Part shown: one piece after another, positions 1 to 8,853 of the stretch
How the letters are laid out: each line of letters starts with the position of its first letter
Numbering within the stretch: position 1 is the stretch's first letter
DNA from: a virus
Taxonomy: Duplodnaviria; Caudoviricetes
IMG/VR virus record: IMGVR_UViG_3300012931_000040
Span: 1-39,477 of that record
Strand: one strand, 5' to 3'
DNA length: 39,477 bases
Translations under genes and position numbers: made by a program
Notes under the pieces: generated by a model
The model's database searches: none
What the model saw: the letters and a program-made list of their open reading frames with translations, nothing else
Told to the model about the DNA's origin: nothing

Positions 1-374
1 AGTTTTTGAGGTGTAAAATGGCTAAAAATGAACGTATAATGTACACTAAGCACATAAACCTAGAGATTATTAAGTTAATTAAGCACGTTAACGCTTTGTG
101 TGATAATGACACTGACAATCGAGAGTTAATCTATGCCATATTCACGCAGGAGGTTGTTAATCTTGCGGCGCAAATGGCTAATTTTGAAGTTATAGGAGTA
201 AAGCAATGAATAATAAGGAATTTTTAATTGGTTTTTCTGTGGCTAAGTCTATGGTTCAAAGGGATATTGGAGGAGAAGAATTTAATTTAATTAAAAAGAA
301 TTTTAATTGGCAAAACCAAGATTTTAGTTTTGAGCACTTAGATATTATATTTGGATTAGAAAAAGGCTCAATTA
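1..374. repeat. Left copy of imperfect terminal overlap
   Basis: 1-25 = 39260-39284; 172-374 matches 39275-39477 with 6 mismatches; 156 bp between two aaatggctaa copies (16-25, 172-181) are absent from the right copy. Confidence 0.95.
18..209 (+). CDS. Hypothetical protein (63 aa)
   Basis: GAGGT RBS then ATG at 18; ATGA overlap with next gene. Confidence 0.7.
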   Translation: MAKNERIMYTKHINLEIIKLIKHVNALCDNDTDNRELIYAIFTQEVVNLAAQMANFEVIGVKQ

Positions 375-427
375 GACCCAAAGCAGATGAAATATTAAGC
401 GAATTAAAAATGAAAGACAAAAAATAA
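206..427 (+). CDS. Hypothetical protein
   Basis: AGGAG RBS, coupled start, 73 aa ORF. Confidence 0.7.
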   Translation: MNNKEFLIGFSVAKSMVQRDIGGEEFNLIKKNFNWQNQDFSFEHLDIIFGLEKGSIRPKADEILSELKMKDKK

Positions 428-428
428 C

Positions 429-459
429 TGTTGCATAATTATCACAGGTGTGCTATTAT
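429..459 (+). promoter_or_regulatory. Sigma70-type promoter with overlapping 18-bp operator-like motif (copy 1)
   Basis: TTGCAT-17-TATTAT with TG extension; TGTTGCATAATTATCACA at 429-446. Confidence 0.65.
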
Positions 460-482
460 CTCTACAAATCGGAGGTAATATA

Positions 483-1259
483 ATGTCTAATCAAAATTCT
501 CTCACGTCTTATGATAATAATGGAAGCCCTAATTTCGATGATTTAGTGGCTTTAGGATTAATACCAGGTGTTTCACTTTGTAGAATAGCAGGTTCTGGCT
601 CGGCTGTTAATGGATTTACGACTTGTATGGGCGACTTATCTACCGGATGGTCTGAACAGGATGCCGCAAGTGTTATTAAAATATCTTCTGGCTCAACTGA
701 TGACGTTATGACTTCCGGAAGTGGAGCTCGGACTGTTAAAGTTTCCGGAGTTGATGCTAATTATAATAAAATCACTGAAATTGTAGAGTTAAGCGGGCAA
801 ACTGCGGTAGATACTGTGGCTTCATTTCGTTTCGTTGAGGAACTAGAAGTTTTAACAGCAGGCACAGGACTTGCTAATGCGGGTATTATATACGCAGGAG
901 TAGGAACGGTAACAAGTGGCGTTCCGGCTACTAAATATTGTGCAATGGCTGTGGGGATTAATGTTTCACGTCAGGCTTTCGCGGTAGTTCCAGCAGGATA
1001 TAATCTTGTCTTAACTGATTTTGATGGGCAATGTGCTGTAAAAGAAGTTGCAGGCTCAAGTATGATTTATCGTAAAGCTTTTGGCGGGTTATGGGAGAGA
1101 AGATTAAGCTCTCAACTTGGATATGGTAGTTTCGCGAGTAAGATTAAATATGAAGCTTATCCTGAAAAGACTTTGATTAGATTGGTGGGATATTCAGCCG
1201 CCACTACACACTCTATGTCATCATCTTTGCAAGGCCACCTTTACAAATTGGTAGACTAA
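483..1259 (+). CDS. Hypothetical, probably virion-associated beta-rich protein
   Basis: GGAGGT RBS before ATG 483; G/S/T/A/V-rich with SGARTVKVSGVDANY-type motif; first gene of late operon. Confidence 0.6.
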   Translation: MSNQNSLTSYDNNGSPNFDDLVALGLIPGVSLCRIAGSGSAVNGFTTCMGDLSTGWSEQDAASVIKISSGSTDDVMTSGSGARTVKVSGVDANYNKITEIVELSGQTAVDTVASFRFVEELEVLTAGTGLANAGIIYAGVGTVTSGVPATKYCAMAVGINVSRQAFAVVPAGYNLVLTDFDGQCAVKEVAGSSMIYRKAFGGLWERRLSSQLGYGSFASKIKYEAYPEKTLIRLVGYSAATTHSMSSSLQGHLYKLVD

Positions 1260-1682
1260 ATGGCTTTAACTCCTAAACAGGACAAATTTTGTCAAGAGAT
1301 TATTAAAGGTGAAAATCAATCTGATGCTTATCGTAAGGCTTATGATGCTAAAAATATGACGGATAAGACTATAACCGAGGCAGCTTCAAGATTAATGGCG
1401 GACAGCAATGTTACAGCAAGACTTGCTGAACTACGCCAACCTATTATTGAAAAATGTCAAGAAACTGCCGCTGACTTGATAAGAGAATTAAATGAATTAA
1501 AGCTAGATGCCCACGCTGATAAGCAATACGCTCCGGCAATAAGTGCTGTTATGGGTAAGGCTAAGTTGCTAGGATATGATAAAAATATAATTGAAGGAAA
1601 TGTAACTGTAACCGTAATGGAAATGGTTTCTAAGGACGGGAAGCCGTTAAAATATAACATAGGAAAGGAATTAAAGAAATGA
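1260..1682 (+). CDS. terS: Terminase small subunit
   Basis: LTPKQDKFCQEI...NQSDAYRKAY...ASRL N-terminal HTH motif; directly upstream of terL. Confidence 0.9.
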   Translation: MALTPKQDKFCQEIIKGENQSDAYRKAYDAKNMTDKTITEAASRLMADSNVTARLAELRQPIIEKCQETAADLIRELNELKLDAHADKQYAPAISAVMGKAKLLGYDKNIIEGNVTVTVMEMVSKDGKPLKYNIGKELKK

Positions 1683-1751
1683 CTACGAGAGATTTAGCAT
1701 ACAAAGGAACTGATGAACTAACAGCTGTGGCTGCTTTATAGATTAGTGTAA
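1679..1751 (+). pseudogene. Micro-ORF MTTRDLAYKGTDELTAVAAL* / possible gene relic
   Basis: ATGA-coupled to terS with AAGGA RBS; a second frame ends LYRLV-TAA abutting the terL ATG. Confidence 0.35.
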
Positions 1752-3095
1752 ATGATTAATGTCCCGAAATTATTAGATGTTCCGGATAAGTTACTTCCTT
1801 TAATAGAGGATTTTGACAAGTATAGATATTTTTTAATTGAGGGCGGTAGAGGTTCAAGCAAATCGAGTACAATTGCCCGTTTGCTTTTATACATTGCCGA
1901 GCTTTACAATGTTAGAATTGTATGCGGACGTGAAACTCAAAAGTCAATTGATGAATCGGTTTATATGATTTTAAGCGACTTAATAAGAGAATTCAGTCTT
2001 GATTTTATAATTCAGAAAGCCAAGATTAAAAGCAAAACTGGTTCTGAGATACGTTTCAAGGGCTTTAGAGAGCAAGGAAGCGTAAACATTAAAGGTCTAG
2101 AGGGTGTCGATTTGCTTTGGGTGGATGAATCTGAAAGTTTGACTAAGCCCACAATTGACATTATAGTACCTACAATTCGTAAAGAAAATTCAAAGATTAT
2201 TTTTAGTATGAATAGGTTTGTTCGTGATGACCCCGCCTATTCTATGTTTGTTAATCGTCCTGATTGTTTGCATATTCATATAGATTACTTTGAAAATCAG
2301 TTTTGTCCTTCGACTTTAATTGCTGAAGCTGAGGAATGTAAGGCTAGGAATGAGAGAGATTACAATCATATCTGGCTAGGACAGCCTTTAGACAGGGCTG
2401 ATAATTATTTATTCTCCGTAGAGAAGCTTGATAAATGCAAAACAATCGAACCAATTGGAGATTTATACAAAAGACAAACTGTAATGGGTATAGATTTAGC
2501 TGCTTCAGGTGGAGATAGTTGCGTTGCTTCGCTTTTAGAGAGAGTTTCAAACGTTCATTGGGAATTAAAAACCCAAGAAGTATGGACTGAGAGTAATACT
2601 ATGGCTAGCGTTGGTAAAATTGTTGGCTTTCTTGGTAAGTATAAGCCTGATATTATTGTCGTTGATGCAGGAGGTTTAGGTCTACCGATGTTCCAAAGAT
2701 TAAAAGAGCTCGGAGTTAATAACTTATTCGGCTTTAATGGCGCGACAACAGATGGAATTGCGTTAAATGCAGGCAATGCGAGAGCAGATGGATATCTTTC
2801 GTTTAATGAATTCTTAGATAATGACTGGTTAATTATCCAATCTGAGCAAACTTTAAAGGAAATGGAAACAATTCAATTAAGTCCGCATCGTCATTCTAAC
2901 GGCAGAATTTACATTAAATCTAAAGAAGATATGAAATCAGAAGGAATACACAGTCCCGATAAGGCGGATAGCGTAATGATGGCTATTGTTGGGATTAAAA
3001 GATATTTGGGTAAAATTAATTATTCAGATAGAGCGGTTAGTTTTAATTACAAGCGAACGAATACTCGGGCGCAATTTAGAGAAAGGAGAGCATAA
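1752..3095 (+). CDS. terL: Terminase large subunit (PBSX-type)
   Basis: Walker A EGGRGSSKS, CGRE, Walker B WVDES, RNaseH-like GIDLA...VDAGG...SPDKAD. Confidence 0.95.
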   Translation: MINVPKLLDVPDKLLPLIEDFDKYRYFLIEGGRGSSKSSTIARLLLYIAELYNVRIVCGRETQKSIDESVYMILSDLIREFSLDFIIQKAKIKSKTGSEIRFKGFREQGSVNIKGLEGVDLLWVDESESLTKPTIDIIVPTIRKENSKIIFSMNRFVRDDPAYSMFVNRPDCLHIHIDYFENQFCPSTLIAEAEECKARNERDYNHIWLGQPLDRADNYLFSVEKLDKCKTIEPIGDLYKRQTVMGIDLAASGGDSCVASLLERVSNVHWELKTQEVWTESNTMASVGKIVGFLGKYKPDIIVVDAGGLGLPMFQRLKELGVNNLFGFNGATTDGIALNAGNARADGYLSFNEFLDNDWLIIQSEQTLKEMETIQLSPHRHSNGRIYIKSKEDMKSEGIHSPDKADSVMMAIVGIKRYLGKINYSDRAVSFNYKRTNTRAQFRERRA

Positions 3096-3304
3096 TGGGT
3101 TTTATAGGAAATGCAATTAGCAGTATATTAGGAGGTTCTACACCTTCAGTTACTTCAACGAGTACAGACACGGAGGTTTCGGCTACTACAGACGAAGAAG
3201 AGAAATTAAAGAAACTTCGTTCAGCTTTGACCGCTACTTCGGGCGGAATGTCCGGACAAGAAGTATTAAGCACGTCTAAAAAAAGTGGACTGTTTGGCAA
3301 TTAA
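3095..3304 (+). CDS. Small virion-associated protein
   Basis: S/T/G-rich 69 aa ending GLFGN between terL and portal, typical position in podoviruses. Confidence 0.65.
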   Translation: MGFIGNAISSILGGSTPSVTSTSTDTEVSATTDEEEKLKKLRSALTATSGGMSGQEVLSTSKKSGLFGN

Positions 3305-3305
3305 A

Positions 3306-5090
3306 ATGGATATAAAGCAAGCAAAAGAACTATATCAACAATTAAAAACTAAAAGAGAGCAATACAAGCCTCTTTGGCGAGATATAGCTAAATACGCAGG
3401 TATCAGATGTAATATTGATTATGATAATAATCTTGCCAATAATACTGCCGCTAATCAGTTAGACCAGTACGTGGATGACCCTACTTCTGCGATGGCTATA
3501 GAACAGTCGTCTAGTTATCTTAATGGAATTGTTTGCGGAAATGATAATAAAATATGGGAATATACTCCAACTGAAGATATTATCAGAGAGGCAGGAGGTA
3601 TTGAGTTAATAGGCCCTTATTATAAGTTTGTCACTCAGCAGATTATGAGGCATTTGACTAACCCGGAGAGCGGGTTTGTTACTTCAGCGGCTTCTTATTT
3701 CTATGATGATGTAGCTTTCGGGACTGCAGGGGTTGGATTATACAAGAATCCTGACTATATACAAGGACGCTCACAAACTGCTTTCATTGCTAAAGGCTAC
3801 GGAGTTGACAATATAGCCATAGATGAAGGTAAAAACGGATTAGTCGAGTACATATTTATAAATTATAACTGGTGCGCTAATCAAATCGTTAGAGAATTCG
3901 CCTTTGTTGATGGGGAATTAGTAGAAGAAAAACTAAATCGTTTACCTAATAAAGTAGTTCAAGCTTATCGCGCCGGAAGGAATTACGAACAGTTTAAAAT
4001 AGTTCACGGAGTTTTTCCTCGCGAGGATTACTCGCCTAAATTAAAAGGAGCAAGAGGAACTAAGTACCAAGGGATTTGGTTTACTGAAGATAACAACGAG
4101 GGAATATTTGCTAACGAAGATTATTCAGAGTTTCCTATCGGTGTATGTAGACCTATTCGTATTAGAGGAGAGATTTACGGTCGTTCCTCGGGTACAATGG
4201 TTCTAAGTACAATTCGAACTGTAGATTACGTTGTTGGTAAATTAATCGAAATCATCGAAAAGATGGGCAGTCCTCCGATGGGGATTTATAATTCTTCATT
4301 ATTCGGGGACAAGGTAATCGATACTTCAGCGGAAGGATTAGTAGTTTTCAATGAAGCAATGCAAGGGAATTCAAGTAATCCGATGTTTCCTTTATTTGAT
4401 GTAAAAGACCCGAGCGGAATAATTAACTTTATAATTCCTTATTTAAATGAGAAAATTTCCTCAGCTTTCAAGATTGATATGTTATTAGATTTTAATTCTA
4501 AAACTCAAATGACAGCCGCAGAGAGTTCTCAGAGGTTCGTAATTAGAGGTCAAGCATTAGCCGGAGTTTTAAGCCAACAGTATAATGAGTTTATTTACCC
4601 ATTGGCTAAAGTCGCAGCTTCACACGGTATGTCAATGGGATTGCTTGGTATATCTCCACAAACTGACAAAGGATTAGCATCTAAGCTTAAGGAATCGGGA
4701 TTATCTGATAGACTTATCCCTGATGCAATTTGGAAAGCAGTACAAGAAGGGCGTCAATGGTACGATGTTAAACCTAACGATAGGATGATTAATCTTGTAA
4801 ATACTCAGAAACTTGAAACATTAATCCAGTTTATGAACGTAATCGATATGGTTGCGCGAGTTTATCCTCAAATTTTAATGGGAGTTGACTTCTATAAGTT
4901 GATTTCTGATGTAGCTAAAGAGCAAAATATAGATGCTAGCGTGTTAATTGGAGAAAGACAGTTCAAAGATTTACTCAAACAACAAGCTGATACTCAAGCT
5001 AAGATGATGCAAATACAAGAAATCCAAGCCGGAGCAGAAGCAGGAAAGAACGTTGCAACAGCTCAAGCTACTATGAGAGGTGCTAAATGA
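3306..5090 (+). CDS. Portal / head-to-tail connector
   Basis: GE-YGRS motif, QMTA-E motif, FGTA; about 595 aa; synteny. Confidence 0.9.
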   Translation: MDIKQAKELYQQLKTKREQYKPLWRDIAKYAGIRCNIDYDNNLANNTAANQLDQYVDDPTSAMAIEQSSSYLNGIVCGNDNKIWEYTPTEDIIREAGGIELIGPYYKFVTQQIMRHLTNPESGFVTSAASYFYDDVAFGTAGVGLYKNPDYIQGRSQTAFIAKGYGVDNIAIDEGKNGLVEYIFINYNWCANQIVREFAFVDGELVEEKLNRLPNKVVQAYRAGRNYEQFKIVHGVFPREDYSPKLKGARGTKYQGIWFTEDNNEGIFANEDYSEFPIGVCRPIRIRGEIYGRSSGTMVLSTIRTVDYVVGKLIEIIEKMGSPPMGIYNSSLFGDKVIDTSAEGLVVFNEAMQGNSSNPMFPLFDVKDPSGIINFIIPYLNEKISSAFKIDMLLDFNSKTQMTAAESSQRFVIRGQALAGVLSQQYNEFIYPLAKVAASHGMSMGLLGISPQTDKGLASKLKESGLSDRLIPDAIWKAVQEGRQWYDVKPNDRMINLVNTQKLETLIQFMNVIDMVARVYPQILMGVDFYKLISDVAKEQNIDASVLIGERQFKDLLKQQADTQAKMMQIQEIQAGAEAGKNVATAQATMRGAK

Positions 5091-5371
5091 GTATTATTGA
5101 TGAATTAGAAAAGATGTCTAAAAAACAGGAAGAAGTAAATAAGCTTTCTTTAGAGGAATACGACAGACTTAGAAACATAGCTAACAGTAAATTTTCAGAT
5201 GAGAACGGTAAATTATTATTAAAAGCTATTAAATTATTCTGTAAGGTCGAGGATTTTGGAATAGAGGACGATAAGAAAGTCCAATATTTCAGAGGTAGAG
5301 GAAGTGTCTTTCGAATGCTTCTTAATTTGTTAAACAAAGATGTTAGAAATAACTTTGAAAGGATTGATTAA
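5087..5371 (+). CDS. Bbp19-like small protein
   Basis: F...G..LL..I and F.G..SV pattern; lies between portal and scaffold. Confidence 0.6.
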   Translation: MSIIDELEKMSKKQEEVNKLSLEEYDRLRNIANSKFSDENGKLLLKAIKLFCKVEDFGIEDDKKVQYFRGRGSVFRMLLNLLNKDVRNNFERID

Positions 5372-6186
5372 TGGATGAAAATACGGCTGTACCTGACGGA
5401 CAACCTACAGATAATGCAGTTCCTGCCCCTGTAGTCCCTGCGGTACAAAGTGGATTTAATATTCCGCAAGAATACGCCAATGAAGGGTGCTTTACTAATT
5501 ATAAAAACCCTGATGGCACATTAAATGTAGATAATTTAGTAAAGGGTTTTGCAAATCAAGCTAAGGTTATCGGCAAAAAAACAGTTGGAATCCCTGATTG
5601 GAACAACCAACAAGAAGCTGATGAGTTCCTCAGTAAATTGCGCCCTGAAGACAAAAGTAAATATTCATTACCTGATTATTTAACCCCAGAACAGAAGGAA
5701 GCGACTTCTGATATAATGCATCAAGCCGGACTTAGCGAATACCAAGCTAAGAAAATCAGCGATTTATACTTCAAAGACCAGGAAGCGCTTAAAGAAAAAC
5801 TCTACGGCGTTGAAACATTTAAGAAAATGGCTAGCGAAGTATTTAAAGATGACAAGAAATTAGCAGAAATACACAACGATGTTAAGGCTTTATTCGGAGA
5901 GCAATTCATAGACAAGGCTGATAATAACACATTAGTTGAAGTCTATAAGGGAATGGCTAAGATTAAAGAACAATACGGAGTGAAGGAGTTATCTGCTAAT
6001 ATCAATAATCCTTCTAGTATGGCTAATGTTTCTATTGATGACTTAAAGATAAAGATTGATGAATCACGCAAGAAACTTCAAGATTTATCCGGTAGAAATC
6101 ACACAGAAGCAGAAAAGAAGATTGAGTTAGATAATTTCAATAAATTAATGGCTGATAGATTTAAAGCTGAAGGTAGGTTAAAATGA
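5371..6186 (+). CDS. Capsid assembly (scaffolding) protein
   Basis: Pro/acidic N-terminus, IP...F.SKLRPE...Y, GLSEYQA helical motifs; synteny. Confidence 0.75.
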   Translation: MDENTAVPDGQPTDNAVPAPVVPAVQSGFNIPQEYANEGCFTNYKNPDGTLNVDNLVKGFANQAKVIGKKTVGIPDWNNQQEADEFLSKLRPEDKSKYSLPDYLTPEQKEATSDIMHQAGLSEYQAKKISDLYFKDQEALKEKLYGVETFKKMASEVFKDDKKLAEIHNDVKALFGEQFIDKADNNTLVEVYKGMAKIKEQYGVKELSANINNPSSMANVSIDDLKIKIDESRKKLQDLSGRNHTEAEKKIELDNFNKLMADRFKAEGRLK

Positions 6187-6821
6187 GTATGTTAAAATTT
6201 AAGATAAACGGAATTTATAAAAATGGTTATGGCTCACAAGGAGAGCGTTTTGATTACGAATGTGAAGGACTAATGCCTGTTTGTGATGAAGAATACTATC
6301 AACAAAACGCTAATCGTCTTGTAAGTTTCTGGGTTAAAGACAAAGGGTATAAAGAACGTTTCGAAGAAGCCGAAACAGTTTACATCGATAAAGTCGAAGA
6401 AGTAGACGAAGAATGCCCAATCGATGGCAAGAATATCAAAGAGCTTGATTGGTTGGGATTACAGTATTTAGCTTGTAAACATCATTTAAATGCTATTCCT
6501 TTACATCAACAGACCGCTTTATCCGAGGCTAGATTGAGAGCTTGTAAAGAATATACAGTAAAAGTACTAGGATTAGAAGCTCCAAAAGATGCTACTAGAC
6601 TTGATGATTATCCAGATTTAATATTAGATAAGTCAAATTATCAAGCTGAGCCTGAAGAAGTTTTAACAAATGAGGAAGTTCTAAATTCAATGCAACAAAA
6701 GACTGATGCAGTTAAGGAAGAATACACCTTAGAAGAACTAAAACTAATGGCAGATAATAAGGGAATATCTTATCATCCCAATATAGGATACGCCGCATTA
6801 CATAGAAAACTGTTTAGTTAA
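6183..6821 (+). CDS. Hypothetical protein with C-terminal HeH/LEM-like motif
   Basis: C-terminal LEELKLMADNKGISYHPNIG..AL. Confidence 0.6.
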   Translation: MSMLKFKINGIYKNGYGSQGERFDYECEGLMPVCDEEYYQQNANRLVSFWVKDKGYKERFEEAETVYIDKVEEVDEECPIDGKNIKELDWLGLQYLACKHHLNAIPLHQQTALSEARLRACKEYTVKVLGLEAPKDATRLDDYPDLILDKSNYQAEPEEVLTNEEVLNSMQQKTDAVKEEYTLEELKLMADNKGISYHPNIGYAALHRKLFS

Positions 6822-6828
6822 ATAATTG

Positions 6829-6857
6829 TTGATTTAAACATTTATTTGTATTATATT
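6829..6857 (+). promoter_or_regulatory. Putative sigma70 promoter
   Basis: TTGATT-17-TATATT. Confidence 0.45.
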
Positions 6858-6862
6858 GAGTT

Positions 6863-6982
6863 ATATTTAAAGGTGGAGTTAAATATTACGTATCCGTTTG
6901 AGTGTTACAGCACCTCACGGATATTACTAAATTAATTAAAATCCCTCTATACTGGCGTTATGCGGTACAGGGGGATTTTTTT
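6863..6982 (+). ncRNA. Candidate ~120-nt three-hairpin small RNA
   Basis: Stems 6863-6886, 6891-6923, 6938-6979 followed by T tract; no ORF; upstream promoter. Confidence 0.45.
6938..6982. terminator. Intrinsic terminator, possibly bidirectional
   Basis: aaaatccctctatactg/cggtacagggggatttt stem with T tract. Confidence 0.7.
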
Positions 6983-7187
6983 GTCTTTAATCAATCTTGG
7001 GTATCTTGAGTTAATCTTGAGTTAAAAAATACCCGAGATTAATTGCGTATAATTAATATTATGAATAATTACCTCCTTAAGTTATTATGTATTAACAGCT
7101 TACAAGTTTTGTTAATTCGGCATCAAACGCCGAATTATTTAATATAGGGTTGAATAGGGTTTTTATATAATTTAAGATTAAAATAAG

Positions 7188-7218
7188 TGTTGCAAATATA
7201 TCACATATGTGTTATGAT
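7188..7218 (+). promoter_or_regulatory. Capsid-operon promoter with 18-bp operator-like motif (copy 2)
   Basis: TTGCAA-17-TATGAT with TG extension; TGTTGCAAATATATCACA at 7188-7205. Confidence 0.65.
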
Positions 7219-7223
7219 TAATA

Positions 7224-7321
7224 ATCAGACAACCTCTCTGTAGACCTGATGATAAAGTTTTTGGTTCTTTACTTGAAAAGGACAAGAAGAATCTATCATT
7301 GCGGTAGACAACTCCTCGCAA
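7224..7321 (+). promoter_or_regulatory. Structured 5' leader of major capsid mRNA
   Basis: Three consecutive stems; AGACAAC at 7227 and 7306. Confidence 0.45.
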
Positions 7322-7360
7322 ATGGTTAATTTTTTAAAACTTTTACAAAGAGAGGTTATT

Positions 7361-8290
7361 ATGTCTGGAACTTATGCTCCATCATTAAGCCAAGTGGCGC
7401 TACTCACTTTCGAGCAGAACTTTTATGACTTGGCTCAACAAAAGAATACTCTTTTAGGTTCATCTCCTGCAATTCAGTATTTGGACTCTAAAGGCAAAAC
7501 CCACAATTTACCAAGAATAGGTGGTTTAGAATTATCAGAAACAAACGTTAGAAATCCGGTTGTTACTCCTTCTGACTACTCGGTAGATAATCGCCAATTA
7601 ACAAAAAGACGTTTCACTAAGTCTATCTTAATTGATAAGAAATACGACATTAATGAGTTAATTTCTGACCCGACAAGTGCTTTAGTCAATCAGTTAGTAT
7701 ATGCAAAGAACAGGGTTATTGACCGTGTTATCGCTGCCGCTGCTGTTGGCAATGTTACAGTCGGTGACCCTGGGGCTACAGGTACTTCTATTAGTGCTGC
7801 TACTGACGGTGTTTTAACTGTTGATGCTTCTGCTGGTTTAACTTATGCCAAGATTTCAGAAATCACACAGAATTTTATTACAAATGAAATTCCTTATTCT
7901 GAATTTATGGGCTCACAGTTATGCGTATCTGGTAAAGAACACAAAACATTAATGGGATTAACTGAATTTATCAACAATGATTACATTAGTAATAGACCTG
8001 TTGATAAAGGTATTATGGATAAAGTAGGAACTTTCGGCGTTCAATTGTTCGCTGGTTCTATATCCGGTGGTACTACGGTTGTCAATCCTGTTCTTGTTGA
8101 GGGAGTTACTTATCGTTCTAATATTGTATTAGCTCCTAAGTCAATTGCACTTTCAATGGAAATCGGAAGATTAGACGTTGTAGAATGTAAAGAAACTTAC
8201 GTTAATTCGAATATGATTACGATTGACTTGTGGATTAACGCAATGAGAATTGAGGGCGCTAAAGTCCAGATTCTTAAAACAACTATATAA
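7361..8290 (+). CDS. Major capsid protein
   Basis: GAGGT RBS; LAQQK...L, DP.S..V, R..D.VI, MRIE..KV motifs of BPP-1/T7-like capsids. Confidence 0.9.
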   Translation: MSGTYAPSLSQVALLTFEQNFYDLAQQKNTLLGSSPAIQYLDSKGKTHNLPRIGGLELSETNVRNPVVTPSDYSVDNRQLTKRRFTKSILIDKKYDINELISDPTSALVNQLVYAKNRVIDRVIAAAAVGNVTVGDPGATGTSISAATDGVLTVDASAGLTYAKISEITQNFITNEIPYSEFMGSQLCVSGKEHKTLMGLTEFINNDYISNRPVDKGIMDKVGTFGVQLFAGSISGGTTVVNPVLVEGVTYRSNIVLAPKSIALSMEIGRLDVVECKETYVNSNMITIDLWINAMRIEGAKVQILKTTI

Positions 8291-8302
8291 GGAGGCAAAA
8301 AT

Positions 8303-8809
8303 ATGGCTACTTATCAAAACTTAGGCTCTGCGGCAAAACCAAATGATGCGGTTTATTTTACAGGCAAGCAGATGGTAACAATTCCGGCAAGGTTATTTGT
8401 TGACATTTCGGAAGTTGCTGATAATGACGTTTGGATTCTAGGAGCAGTTGATATCAACGCTAGAGTTCATCGTATTGTGGTTGGCAAGGCTTTCGATTTA
8501 GCCGCTGCTGCAGACAATGACATTGGTTTCTACAAGAAAAATGCTGATGGCACTTATACTGCTATCGATGCTGACATTCTAGTAGACGGTGCTGATTGGA
8601 CTGCAAGTTCAGGGCTAATTGCTGGTTATGATTTATTAACCGCTAATACTAGTCTTGACCGCAATAAATCAGTAGGAGAATTACTTAATTTAAATTCTGA
8701 TTCAGGATACTCTCAAGTTTATCTTGGAATAGTTATGAAAACTAAGGAAACTACTGCCGATGTTACACTTGATTTTGACGTAATTGTCGAACAAGCTACT
8801 ACACTCTAA
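8303..8809 (+). CDS. Capsid decoration / cement protein
   Basis: Strong AAGGAGG RBS, beta-rich 168 aa right after the capsid gene. Confidence 0.6.
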   Translation: MATYQNLGSAAKPNDAVYFTGKQMVTIPARLFVDISEVADNDVWILGAVDINARVHRIVVGKAFDLAAAADNDIGFYKKNADGTYTAIDADILVDGADWTASSGLIAGYDLLTANTSLDRNKSVGELLNLNSDSGYSQVYLGIVMKTKETTADVTLDFDVIVEQATTL

Positions 8810-8810
8810 C

Positions 8811-8840
8811 AAAAGCGGGGGAGGGTTCGCCCTCCCTGCT
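8811..8840. terminator. GC-rich stem-loop after capsid/decoration genes
   Basis: agcgggggaggg-TTCG-ccctccctgct; A tract on left, no T tract on right. Confidence 0.6.
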
Positions 8841-8853
8841 GATAGGGGAATAA

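Noticed and set aside
6836-6855. Self-target of the TnpB guide
   Set aside because: Only a gapped AT-rich resemblance to the reverse complement of 36313-36329
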